A stretch of 64,000 bases of DNA, taken from positions 74,774,001 through 74,838,000 of the forward strand of contig NC_058368.1 in NCBI RefSeq assembly GCF_018350175.1, read 5' to 3'. Shown in pieces: positions 63,931 through 64,000 of the stretch. Under the pieces are notes generated by a model. The model was not told the DNA's origin, searched no databases, and worked only from the letters and a program-made list of their open reading frames with translations. The translations under genes and the position numbers were made by a program. Position 1 is the first letter of the stretch. Each line of letters starts with the position of its first letter. The stretch is from Felis catus. Lineage: Eukaryota.

Positions 63931-64000
63931 TCTCCAGTTATTATCCTAACCTCAGCTTTCATTTGAAATAAGGTAGAGAGAAAAACACATATAAAACATA

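Noticed and set aside
1..64000. CRISPR array, operon or defence system, numt, or endogenous non-retroviral virus
   Set aside because: No regularly spaced repeat-spacer structure, and no mitochondrial or viral coding similarity recognised by eye. A tBLASTx search would be needed to exclude highly decayed copies.

Overview
This is AT-rich mammalian genomic DNA from a felid (cat family), identified by about 47 tRNA-derived CanSINE (SINEC_Fc-type) copies and carnivore L1 3' ends. I cannot support any protein-coding gene, RNA gene or prokaryote-type system. The window reads as a large intron or gene desert. It contains SINEs, L1, L2 and MIR fragments, MaLR/ERVL solo LTRs, hAT and Tigger DNA-transposon relics, microsatellites and repeat-free islands. 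Almost all ORFs in the track derive from SINEs, L1 or simple repeats. The most notable observations are: (1) an internally deleted Tigger transposon flanked on both sides by ~0.4-0.5 kb TA/AT tracts; (2) a 5'-inverted L1 that splits a hAT element; (3) repeated SINE insertion into the same target site; (4) eight very young SINEs; (5) small duplication-plus-palindrome footprints; (6) a bidirectional micro-exon-like splice signal at ~12.46 kb. I found no convincing novel biological system. Repeat subfamily names come from my recall of consensus sequences, not from a search, and boundaries of old elements are approximate.
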